This document shows, piece after piece, positions 63,740 through 64,000 of a DNA stretch of 64,000 nucleotides. The notes under the pieces were generated by a model. The model did no database searches. It saw only the letters and a program-made list of their open reading frames with translations, and had not been told where the DNA came from. Position 1 is the first letter of the stretch, and each line of letters starts with the position of its first letter. The stretch covers positions 1,731 through 65,730 of the forward strand of contig JAJDBV010000061.1 in the NCBI GenBank assembly GCA_029261165.1, in the 5' to 3' direction. Origin of the DNA: Nitrospirota bacterium. GTDB lineage: Bacteria; Nitrospirota; Nitrospiria; SBBL01; JAADHI01. Both the position numbers and the translations under genes were made by a program.

Positions 63740-64000
63740 CTACCGTGTAATCAACGTCGAGACACTGGCCCGATGGCTTCTCCCGGAATTGTCGGTCCAC
63801 GAAACGACCGATGTCGCCAGTATTGAACGAAGTACTGGTTGATTGGCCCCATTGACCGTCATTGTCGGATTTCTCTGAATCGTCCATATTCTATTATATG
63901 TCTTCACAACCGTGGCCGGGAGGGAATAGGTCCAAATCAGGTCACCGGCCGTTATATCTCCGCAAGGGGCATTTGCCGTACAGGTATTCACACCATCGTC
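63740..64000 (-). CDS. PilV-like minor pilin, C-terminal part (5'-truncated by the window)
   Basis: Y.R.WTI.....V.W.D..G..H...VSTLI pattern typical of PilV-like C-termini; directly upstream of the PilW-like gene. Confidence 0.6.
   Translation of the reverse strand, partial: DDGVNTCTANAPCGDITAGDLIWTYSLPATVVKTYNRIWTIQRNPTMTVNGANQPVLRSILATSVVSWTDNSGRSHRASVSTLITR

Overview
A ~48% GC bacterial chromosome segment; gene order and protein style suggest Nitrospirota (Nitrospiria-like), which is an inference. Positions 1-34.9 kb are mostly core genes: the end of a two-NuoM ('2M') complex I operon (nuoM-nuoM-nuoN), a polyprenyl synthase, a DEAD-box helicase, guaBA, ndk, tyrS, comEA, gcvH, fbp, thrB, pyk, the ilvB-ilvN-ilvC-psd-pssA-leuA-leuB-asd cluster, serS and three tRNAs. 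After tRNA-Arg comes an accessory block (~35-48.9 kb) of cyclic-dinucleotide and two-component signalling genes and orphan genes, including two paralogous small Cys-knuckle proteins. Core genes resume (HAD, panE, uvrB, ftsY, ybeY, phoH), followed by a type IV minor-pilin cluster. Main points of interest: (1) a GAF-GGDEF protein with the Hypr (3',3'-cGAMP synthase) Asp-to-Ser signature; (2) a GEMM-I cyclic-dinucleotide riboswitch with a terminator/antiterminator platform between two duplicated pilX genes, predicted to switch the second copy OFF, downstream of a 1148-aa FN3-bearing PilW-like pilin; (3) a Bd0055-type bacterial histone; (4) a ~140-bp MITE-like family with covarying hairpins, one copy overlapping the guaA start. 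All calls come from reading motifs by eye, and reference sequences are recalled from memory; no searches were run.
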